Source of the DNA: a virus
IMG/VR virus record: IMGVR_UViG_3300027741_000029
Coordinates: 32,001-96,000 of that record
Direction: 5' to 3' (one strand)
Length of the DNA: 64,000 nt
A model generated the notes under the pieces. The model was not told the DNA's origin, did no database searches, and saw nothing but the letters and a program-made list of their open reading frames with translations. Positions 26,651 through 35,629 of the stretch are shown here, one piece after another. The first letter of the stretch is position 1. Every line of letters begins with the position of its first letter. A program made the position numbers and the translations under genes.

Positions 26651-26889
26651 TGACCGAAGAAGAATTTTTAGAGATTGATATTACAGAAGAAGAAGTTGAG
26701 TATCTAATACTAAAGTACATTAGAGACCAAACTGCGTTAGGGCGAGACAAGATTCCTATTGCTGAAATCTATGAATATCTGGAGTCTGAACCGCCGGAAA
26801 TGGAAGATTTGGAAGAAACTTATGCGGTGCTGACCTCTAGTGCCGAACGGGTTATTGCCCAATTTGAGGCAAAAAATAGATTAAATTAG
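26647..26889 (+). CDS. Acidic hypothetical protein
   Basis: 80-aa ORF. Confidence 0.55.
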   Translation: MMTEEEFLEIDITEEEVEYLILKYIRDQTALGRDKIPIAEIYEYLESEPPEMEDLEETYAVLTSSAERVIAQFEAKNRLN

Positions 26890-26892
26890 CCC

Positions 26893-26920
26893 TTGACAAA
26901 CCCGATAAATATGTTATATT
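26893..26920 (+). promoter_or_regulatory. Early promoter cassette
   Basis: TTGACA-N16-TATATT followed by GTTATAGTCAATTGGAGAG, same subtype as 31416, 31990 and 33044. Confidence 0.75.
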
Positions 26921-26947
26921 GGTTATAGTCAATTGGAGAGAACCACC

Positions 26948-27268
26948 ATGCGTAAAACCCTAGCAATCTTACTCGCAGCCGCAACATTATTTACCGCAAC
27001 GGCAGTAAATGCTGACTGGAACGGGCATCGTCATTATGGCGGTGGTGGTGGCAATGGTGGCAATTGGGTTGCTCCTCTGGTTGGTGGGTTGATTGTTGGT
27101 GGTATTCTAGGCGGTATGGCGCAACAGAACCAACAACAGTATTATGGTCAACCACAATATTATCCACAACCACAATACTATCAGCCGCAGACGTTTTGTC
27201 GCTTGGTTCCTGTGTATGATGCATGGGGCAATTATGTAGGTCGTCAACGTCAGTGCTGGCAACAATAA
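26948..27268 (+). CDS. Secreted Gly/Gln/Tyr/Pro-rich small protein
   Basis: Signal peptide MRKTLAILLAAATLFTATAVNA, Gly-zipper GGLIVGGILGG, QPQYY repeats, C-terminal C...C pair. Confidence 0.75.
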   Translation: MRKTLAILLAAATLFTATAVNADWNGHRHYGGGGGNGGNWVAPLVGGLIVGGILGGMAQQNQQQYYGQPQYYPQPQYYQPQTFCRLVPVYDAWGNYVGRQRQCWQQ

Positions 27269-27276
27269 GGTGATAT

Positions 27277-27720
27277 ATGGGATTTCTCGACAAACTACTT
27301 GGTAAATCAACAAACAATGACGCTAACGCTTCTGCTGTTGTTACAGAAAGCGCACCACTAGCCTCTACTAAAACTAGCACAAAACCTAAGAAACCTCGTA
27401 AACCACGTGTGAAGAAGGTTGTTGAGGAAACAACTGCTTCACAAATTGAACCGCAAGTCAAGGTTATAAAGTTTGACTTTGATCCTGCTAATCCACAAAT
27501 TGGTTCTATGGAACTTGATTGGAATGCAGAGTTTATTGAGATGCTACGTCAAAACGGCTATCGTGGTGTAAATCCAGAGGCACTCGTTGATGCGTGGCTA
27601 AATGATGTTGCTCGCAATATCATTAATAGTTCACAGCCAAGTACACAACAAAATCCTGACGGCACAAGCCGTTATGTCAATCGCCGTGATTTAGGTGATG
27701 GACTCAGTGAATTCAGTTAA
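27277..27720 (+). CDS. Hypothetical protein
   Basis: 147-aa ORF. Confidence 0.7.
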   Translation: MGFLDKLLGKSTNNDANASAVVTESAPLASTKTSTKPKKPRKPRVKKVVEETTASQIEPQVKVIKFDFDPANPQIGSMELDWNAEFIEMLRQNGYRGVNPEALVDAWLNDVARNIINSSQPSTQQNPDGTSRYVNRRDLGDGLSEFS

Positions 27721-27723
27721 TAC

Positions 27724-27752
27724 TTGACAAACCCCTAACTAGGTATTATATT
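27724..27752 (+). promoter_or_regulatory. sigma70-like promoter, probably giving a leaderless transcript
   Basis: TTGACA-N17-TATATT with ATG 6 nt downstream. Confidence 0.65.
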
Positions 27753-27758
27753 AGTATT

Positions 27759-28760
27759 ATGAAATATCTTCTCGTAGATACAGCAAACCTGTTCGCTCGT
27801 GCACGTCACTCTACTGCACGTAGCGCAGATACTTGGCAAAAGATTGGATTGGCATTGCATATTATGTTCAATGTCATACAGAAAATGCATCGTCTGCATA
27901 AGCCAGACCACGTTATCTTTGCTCTTGAGGCACGTAGCTGGCGCAAAGATCATAACACAACTTATAAGGCAAATCGTGCTGTTGTTAAGTCTAAGATGAC
28001 AGTTCGTGAAGCAGAAGAAGATAAAGAGTTTTGGGAAGTTTATAGTGAATTTACCAAATGGATTGATGAACGCACAAACTGCAGCGTAATTCGTGTTGAA
28101 CGTGCAGAAGCAGATGATATCATCGCTCGTTGGACTGCGCTTCATCCTAATGATGAACACATCATCCTATCCAACGATACTGATTTTTATCAGTTGCTTA
28201 GCGATAAGGTTACCATTTATAATGGTATGACCAATCAATATATCACTCTACAAGGTTTCTTTGAAGATAACGGCAAGACTGTTATGGATAAACTTACTAA
28301 AGCACCAAAGACTGTCGGTGATCCTAAGTTTATCCTCTTTGAGAAATGTATGCGTGGTGACCCCACAGATAATATTATGACTGCAAATCCTGGCGTTCGT
28401 ACTAAGGGCAGTACCAAAAAGGTAGGTCTGGTAGAGGCTTATGCTGACCGTGATCGCAAAGGCTATGCATGGAATAATATGATGCTGCAACGTTGGGTTG
28501 ATCATAATGGTGCGGAACACCGTGTGCTTGACCGATATGAAGAAAACCGTGTGCTTGTTGATCTCACTGCACAGCCCGAAGAAATTCGTGATGCTATTGA
28601 CGCTGCACTAATTGGAATTAATCCTAAAGAAAACCGTCAGATTGGTACACAATTGATTAAGTTCTGCTCCAAGTATGAACTTATTAAACTTAGTGAGAAT
28701 GTTCAACCTATTGCTGAAATACTCAGCAAACCACTTGTAAAGGAATATCAATATGCGTAA
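27759..28760 (+). CDS. rnh: RNase H / 5'-3' exonuclease (T4 rnh-like, PIN fold)
   Basis: LLVDTANL, YKANR, EADDII, SNDTDFYQL, GDPTDNI. Confidence 0.9.
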   Translation: MKYLLVDTANLFARARHSTARSADTWQKIGLALHIMFNVIQKMHRLHKPDHVIFALEARSWRKDHNTTYKANRAVVKSKMTVREAEEDKEFWEVYSEFTKWIDERTNCSVIRVERAEADDIIARWTALHPNDEHIILSNDTDFYQLLSDKVTIYNGMTNQYITLQGFFEDNGKTVMDKLTKAPKTVGDPKFILFEKCMRGDPTDNIMTANPGVRTKGSTKKVGLVEAYADRDRKGYAWNNMMLQRWVDHNGAEHRVLDRYEENRVLVDLTAQPEEIRDAIDAALIGINPKENRQIGTQLIKFCSKYELIKLSENVQPIAEILSKPLVKEYQYA

Positions 28761-28962
28761 TTTTTTTGTAAAGTATTTTCCATGGGTAATTATCATTTTC
28801 TTTGGATATGAGATTTTTCACTATTGGAACCTTGACCAAGACCGTGTTCTAATGGATATCGTTGCTGCTATTGGTTGGGCTTCATTTATTGAAGTTCGTA
28901 GTGAATATAATTCATTTTTTGACATGATTGAAGGAAAGATTAAAGATGACACTCAAGGCTAA
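28753..28962 (+). CDS. Small membrane protein
   Basis: Two hydrophobic segments. Confidence 0.55.
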   Translation: MRNFFVKYFPWVIIIFFGYEIFHYWNLDQDRVLMDIVAAIGWASFIEVRSEYNSFFDMIEGKIKDDTQG

Positions 28963-29425
28963 AAACATTGTAGAAAATCGTTTCTGGATTATTGAAAACG
29001 ACAAAGGCGAACGCATTGGAAACATTGCGCAAACCAATAGCGGCGTTCGTTGCACAGTTAGTGATGTAGTAGAAGTATTTCCAAGTATGGCAGAAATGTC
29101 AGAAAAGAAAAATATCTCTATTGTTCGCAGAACTCGTGAACTTAAAACAAAAACAATTGATGGTGAAGTATATGGTTTTCCCACCAATCATACACCGCAC
29201 AATACGCTATGGAATGTAAAACTTAAACTTCCACTATACACTAAAAATGATAAGAGTAGTTCATTCTACTGTGCTGGTTATTATATTGTTAAGTATAATA
29301 AATCATTCGTAGCAGAATATGCACCTAAACTTATTACGCTACAACGATATGAATATGAAGGTCCATTTAAGACCAAGTTGGAACAGCAAGAACGTTTAAG
29401 GATCATGAATAGTGAGACCGCCTAG
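28946..29425 (+). CDS. Hypothetical protein
   Basis: Start MTLKAK with upstream AAGGA. Confidence 0.65.
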   Translation: MTLKAKNIVENRFWIIENDKGERIGNIAQTNSGVRCTVSDVVEVFPSMAEMSEKKNISIVRRTRELKTKTIDGEVYGFPTNHTPHNTLWNVKLKLPLYTKNDKSSSFYCAGYYIVKYNKSFVAEYAPKLITLQRYEYEGPFKTKLEQQERLRIMNSETA

Positions 29426-29636
29426 AACACATCATATTAGAGAATTTATTAATCGTGGACAAAACATTGTTGGCAATAACTTAGTTCTTGATAAGGAAAC
29501 CATTGCCAATGTTACAAAAGAACTTGCTGATGTTCTTGCACATGTGCTTGAACTTGAAAGTAAAATTGCAGAACTAGAAGAAAAAGTTCAGAATAACAAC
29601 GTTCTTACGGTTGAATTGGTAGGAGATAATTTTTAA
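29412..29636 (+). CDS. Small coiled-coil hypothetical protein
   Basis: 74-aa ORF, GTG start. Confidence 0.55.
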   Translation: MRPPRTHHIREFINRGQNIVGNNLVLDKETIANVTKELADVLAHVLELESKIAELEEKVQNNNVLTVELVGDNF

Positions 29637-29678
29637 ACCTAATTTCAATAGGCTAAATAATTTTAGCGAATACTCAAT

Positions 29679-29987
29679 ATGTCAAGACCTAAGCCTCAAG
29701 TACTACTTGAAATTACTAATAAACAAACATATAAGTCAGAACAAGTTTTGGCTAGCGAAGGCATATGGGCTATCTTCTTAGATAATAAGCCAGTTAATCT
29801 TAAAACTACAAGTATGTTAGCACAATATGCTGGTCCAAAATATAAGAAAAGTTCATTTTCAAATCCTGGTCACGCTATCAATCTTTGCAAGAAACTTAAT
29901 ACACAATTCAAAACAACTCGTTTCAGTGTAGTTCTACTTAATAGTGGACCATCGGTTTATCCTGCAAAAAATGACACAAAAGTCTAA
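29679..29987 (+). CDS. Hypothetical protein
   Basis: 102-aa ORF after TAAATA. Confidence 0.7.
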   Translation: MSRPKPQVLLEITNKQTYKSEQVLASEGIWAIFLDNKPVNLKTTSMLAQYAGPKYKKSSFSNPGHAINLCKKLNTQFKTTRFSVVLLNSGPSVYPAKNDTKV

Positions 29988-30351
29988 GACCGATTGGACA
30001 CATGAATTATATCATCTTGCACACGGTGAAGATGCGTTCATTCCACATATAAATCAAAAAAATATCTATATTCTTTATTGGTATAATAACAATAAAAATT
30101 TTGGTTTCAGGCTCAATAACACTGCATTTGAGATTATGCGCAATGCTGGTTATAAATTCTATGAGCATCAAATTGACAGACGGAAGTATCAAATCAATGG
30201 CAAAGAACTAGTGTTAATGGATCGCTATCATAACCACCCTTGGTTTTACCAAATGAGCAAAGGTGAACTATTCCTAATGGATAGCGAACTCTCTATGATG
30301 TTAGAACTTTGTGGTGGAAATTTAGGGCAAGCTATTCAAAATATGTCTTGA
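29971..30351 (+). CDS. Hypothetical protein
   Basis: Start MTQKSK overlapping previous gene. Confidence 0.6.
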   Translation: MTQKSKTDWTHELYHLAHGEDAFIPHINQKNIYILYWYNNNKNFGFRLNNTAFEIMRNAGYKFYEHQIDRRKYQINGKELVLMDRYHNHPWFYQMSKGELFLMDSELSMMLELCGGNLGQAIQNMS

Positions 30352-30401
30352 CAGATATATAATCCATGCTATATTCATAATATAAGCAATGGGGAAAGGC
30401 A

Positions 30402-30521
30402 ATGCGCAGCGCAGAAGCAAGAGAATTAGCGAAACCGCTGTACCGTCAGCGAATAGTTCTTGCCAAAAAAGGCAAAGGCAGTTATAATCGTAAGAAGCAA
30501 AAGGAAACTAGCAATGACTGA
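30402..30521 (+). CDS. arfA: ArfA-like alternative ribosome-rescue factor, 39 aa (not in ORF track)
   Basis: MRSAEARELAKPLYRQRIVLAKKGKGSYNRKKQKETSND matches the ArfA core PLFRQRV...KKGKGSY.RK; promoter and GGGG/AAAGG RBS upstream. Confidence 0.8.
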   Translation: MRSAEARELAKPLYRQRIVLAKKGKGSYNRKKQKETSND

Positions 30522-31161
30522 TACCATTTCTCTCAAAGATGCCATGACTGCCGCCGTAGCCGCCCAACGGGTTAATGGCAAGTATATCAAGCGTTATGAT
30601 GCCAAGGAAGGTGAACTTTCCAATGGCGCACTTATGCGTGAATTTCTCAATCCAGAAATGGTAAACTTTGACCATTTGCCACAAGACATTGAAATTGCTG
30701 ATCAAATTCTAGAGTATCTTGATAGCAAAATGATTGAACTTATTGCTGGCACTCTCCATGATTATTGGAAGAATCTTGTCCTATTGACAGAACAAAAGGC
30801 AATTAATGCCAAGGATTTCAAGACCTTAGCCTTGGTTGCCAGCGTTCCTAACTCCTATTTTAACGCAATTGGGCGTGAAAAAGCGCAGGATGAACTGCGT
30901 GTTATTGCCGAAAATAGCCGTCATATTGGCAAGGTTGGCGACAATATTGAAGCAGATTTGACCATCAAATCAGCGGTTTATAGTGCCAACTATAACAAAT
31001 GGTATCATACCGCCCTCACTGCTGACCAAAATTTGGTCTGTTTTCCGCTGTCAGAACAGTTAAATCGGGGCGATATTATCGCTATTTCGGCTAGAATTCA
31101 CAAGCATGATGACAATAATCAGACCCGTTTACACTATGTGCGGATCAAAAAAAGTGCTTGA
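30514..31161 (+). CDS. Hypothetical protein with C-terminal OB-fold-like domain
   Basis: Start moved to MTDTIS; HIGKVGD..I....Y..GD.I.I.A.I.KH..QTRL.YV. Confidence 0.6.
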   Translation: MTDTISLKDAMTAAVAAQRVNGKYIKRYDAKEGELSNGALMREFLNPEMVNFDHLPQDIEIADQILEYLDSKMIELIAGTLHDYWKNLVLLTEQKAINAKDFKTLALVASVPNSYFNAIGREKAQDELRVIAENSRHIGKVGDNIEADLTIKSAVYSANYNKWYHTALTADQNLVCFPLSEQLNRGDIIAISARIHKHDDNNQTRLHYVRIKKSA

Positions 31162-31215
31162 CAACCCTTAAATCTGTGTTATATTCATAATATAAGCAAT
31201 GGAAAGGTATACCCC

Positions 31216-31419
31216 ATGAACCACATCGAAGCCATCCGCATGGATTTAACCGCTCTTGAAGCCTCATATTCACTTTATATGGATACCGAATGTTATGATG
31301 AAGCCAATATGGTATCAAAAGCCATCGACATGCAGTGGGGCTTGCTAATTGCGGCAATCCGTGCAGAAGACCCCCATACCACAGAAGCCGATATCCGTTA
31401 CTTTGAAAATAATGCTTGA
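31216..31419 (+). CDS. Small early hypothetical protein
   Basis: Own promoter cassette and RBS. Confidence 0.7.
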   Translation: MNHIEAIRMDLTALEASYSLYMDTECYDEANMVSKAIDMQWGLLIAAIRAEDPHTTEADIRYFENNA

Positions 31420-31472
31420 CAACTCCTAAATCCATGTTATATTAAGTTATAGTCAATTGATGGAGAACACGG

Positions 31473-31643
31473 ATGCGCAATTCTTGGTCATTTTCTCAGT
31501 ATCTTGAAGAAATCATCACCCTAAGCGAAATCGTTGAAATTCCTGGCATTGAGGAATCCCGTGCTTCTCTTATCACAGAAATGTGGGCTAAATTTCCTAA
31601 AGAATGTGTGGCAATCGGTCTCACTGACGGGGTTAAAAAATAA
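31473..31643 (+). CDS. Small early hypothetical protein, 56 aa (not in ORF track)
   Basis: MRNSWSFSQYLEEIITLSEIVEIPGIEESRASLITEMWAKFPKECVAIGLTDGVKK; promoter at 31416 and GGAGA RBS. Confidence 0.75.
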   Translation: MRNSWSFSQYLEEIITLSEIVEIPGIEESRASLITEMWAKFPKECVAIGLTDGVKK

Positions 31644-31700
31644 CCCTTGACAGCCTCTAATTCTGTGTTATATTACTAATATAAGCAATGGAGCGGCGAA

Positions 31701-31979
31701 ATGGCACAAGTAAGCACCCGTAAGGCTAAGATTTCCACTATCCTTCATAACCGTTATTTTACCAAAGGTGTACAGGATGCGGTAGCAGGTCGCCCATTTG
31801 ACCCCGATTATGACAAGTGGGAAACTGCTTCTCACGGTGCCGCACAGTGGTGTTACGAGCGTGGTCGCCAATATGGTATTGCCACAGGCGGTAAAGTTCC
31901 TACTAAAACTGGTAAGCGAATTAACTATTTTGCTATTCGTGAGTTTAACCGTCTTTACCATGATGGTTCAATTATCTGA
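31701..31979 (+). CDS. Small early hypothetical protein
   Basis: Own promoter, GGAG RBS. Confidence 0.7.
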   Translation: MAQVSTRKAKISTILHNRYFTKGVQDAVAGRPFDPDYDKWETASHGAAQWCYERGRQYGIATGGKVPTKTGKRINYFAIREFNRLYHDGSII

Positions 31980-32047
31980 TAAAAAGTGCTTGACAACCCC
32001 TAAATCCGTGTTATATTAAGTTATAGTCAATTGATGGAGAGCGAGAC

Positions 32048-32293
32048 ATGACTGCCACCGATCTTACGATGTTTGGTATGACCAAAGCCGATATCCGTGA
32101 CCAATATATTAACAGTATCTCTGCCAAACTGGTTGGCGTGGAGATGGTCGTCATGGGTATTCTTTCCGATTGTCAGGAAATGATGGCTAGGCGGAATCCA
32201 ACAATTCCGCACCCAAATGTAGATGAATTTATCCGTCAGCAGATGAATATCGCTAAGTTTATTCTTAGCGAAATGATGCAAAAAACTGCTTGA
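32048..32293 (+). CDS. Small early hypothetical protein
   Basis: Own promoter, GGAGA RBS. Confidence 0.7.
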   Translation: MTATDLTMFGMTKADIRDQYINSISAKLVGVEMVVMGILSDCQEMMARRNPTIPHPNVDEFIRQQMNIAKFILSEMMQKTA

Positions 32294-32348
32294 CAAACCG
32301 CAATTCTGTGTTATTGTTATAATATAAACAGTGCAACGGAGAATTTAA

Positions 32349-32642
32349 ATGCAGTTGATCCCAACCAATCGCTTTGATAAAAAACTGTTCGTCACCACGG
32401 GTGATTATGTTTTTTATGGTGCTGAACGCCGTTTTGTTGCACGTTTTAAACATTCTAAAAGCCCCTTTACTAAAGCAAAGTTCATCAAGGAACTGATTGC
32501 CAACCATACTGTTGAAGGCTACTTCATGGCTCTTGAACACAACCATCAGGCACCGCTTAATATCCTTCGTGACAAAAACGAGGACTGGTATTTTGAAATT
32601 CTTGAGGAATTTTCTGGTCGTGATCTGCGGAAAGCAGCATAA
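32349..32642 (+). CDS. Small early hypothetical protein
   Basis: Own promoter, GGAGA RBS. Confidence 0.7.
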   Translation: MQLIPTNRFDKKLFVTTGDYVFYGAERRFVARFKHSKSPFTKAKFIKELIANHTVEGYFMALEHNHQAPLNILRDKNEDWYFEILEEFSGRDLRKAA

Positions 32643-32707
32643 TTTTTTGCTTGACATACCCCAATTCTGTGTTATTGTTATAATATAAACAGCAACGGAG
32701 ATTTCCC

Positions 32708-33034
32708 ATGGATATGCAATCTGGTCTCGCCGCTATCATTGAAAAGTCCAAAGCCGATTATCTTGCTTGGAATGGCAATCGTACTAATGATCCAATCGTC
32801 GCCAAGATGATTGAAGAATATAATGCCTCACTCCGCATTGAGGAAGGCAGCAAATATTTCAAGATTGTTCAGCGTAATTCGGTGCATTCCTTCGTGGTTA
32901 AGAAGGATGGTGGCAAGTTCCGTGCTGGCGATATCTTGAAGCCTGCTTCGTGGCGTTCGCCTGCTATAAACTTTGCTCGTGGCAATGTTCTAGACGGTAC
33001 TCTTGATTGCATTCGTTGGACGGGTGCGCTGTAA
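32708..33034 (+). CDS. Phage early hypothetical protein
   Basis: G.KY.KI..VH.FV..GDILKPASW..PA..ARGNV pattern; own promoter. Confidence 0.7.
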   Translation: MDMQSGLAAIIEKSKADYLAWNGNRTNDPIVAKMIEEYNASLRIEEGSKYFKIVQRNSVHSFVVKKDGGKFRAGDILKPASWRSPAINFARGNVLDGTLDCIRWTGAL

Positions 33035-33100
33035 AAAAAGTTCTTGACAGAACAAAATAATATGCTATATTAAATTATAGTCAACTGATGGAGAAACACA

Positions 33101-34231
33101 ATGGCTAAGAACACTGACAATGCACTTTCAGAAGTGCGCACGGTTACCCTCGCTGCTGCAAAGCGTGAGGTCATGGTTTGCGCTCGTCGCAAGCGTCCTG
33201 TATTCCTTTGGGGTGCGCCTGGTATCGGTAAGTCCGAACTCGTTGCAGACCTTTGCGAAAGCATGGGTGGCAAGTTGTATGACTTGCGTCTTGCACTCAT
33301 GGACCCTTCTGACTTGAAGGGCGTTCTCTACTACAATCCTACTGTTGGCAATGCTATGTGGAATGCGCCGCCTGATCTTCCTTCTAAGGAAGAGGCTGCT
33401 CAGTATCCTGTAGTGTTCCTGTTCCTTGACGAAATGAACTCTGCTGCACCAGCAACACAGGCTGCTGCATACCAGTTGGTTCTCAATCGTCGTGTTGGCA
33501 CCTATGAGTTGCCTGAGAACGTTGTTATCGTTGCCGCTGGTAACCGTGACACTGACCGTGGTGTAGTCTATCGTATGCCATCGCCACTTGCCAACCGTTT
33601 TGTTCACTTGAACTTGCGTGTTGACTTTGAGTCGTGGAATGATTGGGCTATCAACCATGCCATCAATCCTGATGTGGTTGCCTATGTCACCTGCAACAAG
33701 AACGACTTGTTCAACTTTGATCCTCGCTCGTCAGGTGCATCGTTTGCTACGCCTCGTTCGTGGTCGTTTGTCAGTGAGTTGCTGCAAGAAGACCTTAACG
33801 ATACCGAACTCAATGACCTTGTATCTGGTACGGTTGGCGAAGGTGTTGCACTCAAGTTTGCTGCCCATCGTAAGGTTGCAAGCCAGATGCCTAACCCTAG
33901 TGACATTTTGTCTGGCAAGGTCAAGGATTTGCGTACTAAGGAAATCGGTGCCAAGTATTCTCTCACGGTCTCTTGCTGCTATGAGTTGAAGGACTCGTTT
34001 GACAAGCGTGGCGGCGAGCGTATGAAGGAAAACGATATCGTTGCATGGCACGAAGAACTTGACAACGTGTTCCGTTTCTACCTTGACAACATGGACACCG
34101 AGTTGCAAGTTATGATGCTTGCTACTATCCTTCGTAACTACAAGCTGCCTATGAAGACTAGCCGCTTGAAGAACTACAAGGATTACCATGCAAAGAACGG
34201 TGACTACATCCTCGCCGCTGTGCGTGACTAA
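33101..34231 (+). CDS. MoxR-like AAA+ ATPase
   Basis: Walker A GAPGIGKS, Walker B FLFLDE, AAGNR, Arg-finger LANRF. Confidence 0.9.
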   Translation: MAKNTDNALSEVRTVTLAAAKREVMVCARRKRPVFLWGAPGIGKSELVADLCESMGGKLYDLRLALMDPSDLKGVLYYNPTVGNAMWNAPPDLPSKEEAAQYPVVFLFLDEMNSAAPATQAAAYQLVLNRRVGTYELPENVVIVAAGNRDTDRGVVYRMPSPLANRFVHLNLRVDFESWNDWAINHAINPDVVAYVTCNKNDLFNFDPRSSGASFATPRSWSFVSELLQEDLNDTELNDLVSGTVGEGVALKFAAHRKVASQMPNPSDILSGKVKDLRTKEIGAKYSLTVSCCYELKDSFDKRGGERMKENDIVAWHEELDNVFRFYLDNMDTELQVMMLATILRNYKLPMKTSRLKNYKDYHAKNGDYILAAVRD

Positions 34232-34234
34232 TTC

Positions 34235-34269
34235 TCTCGCCCCATCGTTCTCCATCAGTGAGGGCGAGA
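34235..34269 (+). ncRNA. 3'-UTR hairpin with anti-Shine-Dalgarno loop (candidate regulatory RNA)
   Basis: Stem TCTCGCCC/GGGCGAGA; loop region TTCTCCATCAGT is the reverse complement of 33084-33095. Confidence 0.45.
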
Positions 34270-34271
34270 CT

Positions 34272-34303
34272 ATAGGGGGGTAAATTACCCCCCTATTTTT
34301 TTT
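34272..34303 (+). terminator. Intrinsic terminator
   Basis: ATAGGGGGGTA-AAT-TACCCCCCTAT followed by a T-run. Confidence 0.9.
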
Positions 34304-34359
34304 CTTGACAACCTATATAATTGTGGTATTATAAATTATAAACATTGGAGAACGCAATT

Positions 34360-35625
34360 ATGGCTAAGATCAAACAAGGTGCTGGCAAACTCAGCGAGAC
34401 GATTGATGCGGTTCAGGACGAGGCAGCACGTCAGGCTATTCTTAAAGCCCGTATTGCCCTTGTGCTCAAGCAACCTTTCTTTGGCAATCTTGCCATGCGT
34501 CTTACCCTTAAGAACGCTGACAGTTGGTTGACGACTGCTGCTACCGATGGTCGCCACTTCTACTACAACAGTGAGTTTATCCTTAAACTTCCTACTAATC
34601 AAATGATGTTCCTATTCTGCCATGAGTTGCTTCACTGCGCTTATGACCATATGAACCGTGGTCGTGGTTATAACCGTGACCTTGCTAACATTGCAATGGA
34701 CTATGTAGTCAATGCCGATTGCATCAAGTACAACCTTGGTCAAAAGATTACGGTTGTGCCTGTTCTTTATGATCGCAAGTATGACGAATGGAACTTTGAA
34801 CAGGTCTATGATGACCTTATCAAGAATGCTAAGCAGATCAACATTGAAGATTTGCTTGACCAGTTGCTTGACGAACACATGGATGGTTCGCAAGGCAAGG
34901 GTAATGGCGAAGATGGCAAGGATGAGAAGGATGGCAAGGGCAACGGTCGTCCTAACCCGCTGACACCAGAAGAACGTCAGGCTATCAAGGACGAGTTCAA
35001 AGAAGCTATGCTTGCTGCTGCACAGTCTGCAGGTGCTGGCAATACGCCTGGCAACATCAAGCGTATGATCAATGAACTCACGCAGCCTAAGATCAACTGG
35101 CGTGAACTCATTACACAGCAAATCCAATCTACCATCAAGAACGATTACACATGGACTATTCCTAACAAGAAAATGTTCTCACAAGGTTTCGTTCTGCCTA
35201 ACATGCGCAAGGATCAAGCTATCGATGTTTGCATCGCCATTGATACCAGTGGTTCTATTGGCAATGATCAGTTGAATAACTTCTTTAGTGAAATCAACGG
35301 TATCATGCAATCCTATGATGACTACAAGGTCAAAATTTGGTGCTTTGATACGCAAGTTCATAATCCAGTAGACTATACTACTGCTGATGGTGATGACCTT
35401 ATCAACTATGAAGCAGCAGGTTTTGGTGGCACTGATTTTGACGTAAATTGGAAGTGGATGAAGCATGAAGATGTAAATCCAAAACTCTTCATTGTGTTTA
35501 CTGATGGCGAACCATATGGTTCGTGGGGTGATGAAAACTATTGTGATACGGTGTGGATTATCCATAACAAGTATAACAAGAACATCGAACCACCATTTGG
35601 TATCCATGCCTACTACGAAGATTGA
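34360..35625 (+). CDS. Metallopeptidase (HExxH) plus VWA-like domain protein (DUF2201-like)
   Basis: TAATDG, CHELLH, MIDAS-like IDTSGS, GGTDF, VFTDG; start at MAKIK after TGGAGAACG. Confidence 0.85.
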   Translation: MAKIKQGAGKLSETIDAVQDEAARQAILKARIALVLKQPFFGNLAMRLTLKNADSWLTTAATDGRHFYYNSEFILKLPTNQMMFLFCHELLHCAYDHMNRGRGYNRDLANIAMDYVVNADCIKYNLGQKITVVPVLYDRKYDEWNFEQVYDDLIKNAKQINIEDLLDQLLDEHMDGSQGKGNGEDGKDEKDGKGNGRPNPLTPEERQAIKDEFKEAMLAAAQSAGAGNTPGNIKRMINELTQPKINWRELITQQIQSTIKNDYTWTIPNKKMFSQGFVLPNMRKDQAIDVCIAIDTSGSIGNDQLNNFFSEINGIMQSYDDYKVKIWCFDTQVHNPVDYTTADGDDLINYEAAGFGGTDFDVNWKWMKHEDVNPKLFIVFTDGEPYGSWGDENYCDTVWIIHNKYNKNIEPPFGIHAYYED

Positions 35626-35629
35626 TACG

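Larger units (their letters stand above)
30348..34332 (+). repeat. Array of nine repeated early promoter/RBS cassettes
   Basis: TTGACA-N16-(TATATT/TATTGT/TATTAT) with extended -10 TG at 30348, 31158, 31416, 31647, 31990, 32290, 32651, 33044 and 34305; shared tails ATAAGCAATGG, TTATAGTCAA(T/C)TGATGGAGA, TATAAACAG..CAACGGAGA. Confidence 0.9.

Noticed and set aside
30348-34332. Repeated units as a CRISPR array
   Set aside because: Repeats are degenerate promoter/RBS cassettes separated by whole ORFs of variable length; no cas genes
33120-35607. Several overlapping alternative-frame and antisense ORFs over the AAA and VWA genes
   Set aside because: Explained by biased codon usage of the real genes; no independent signals
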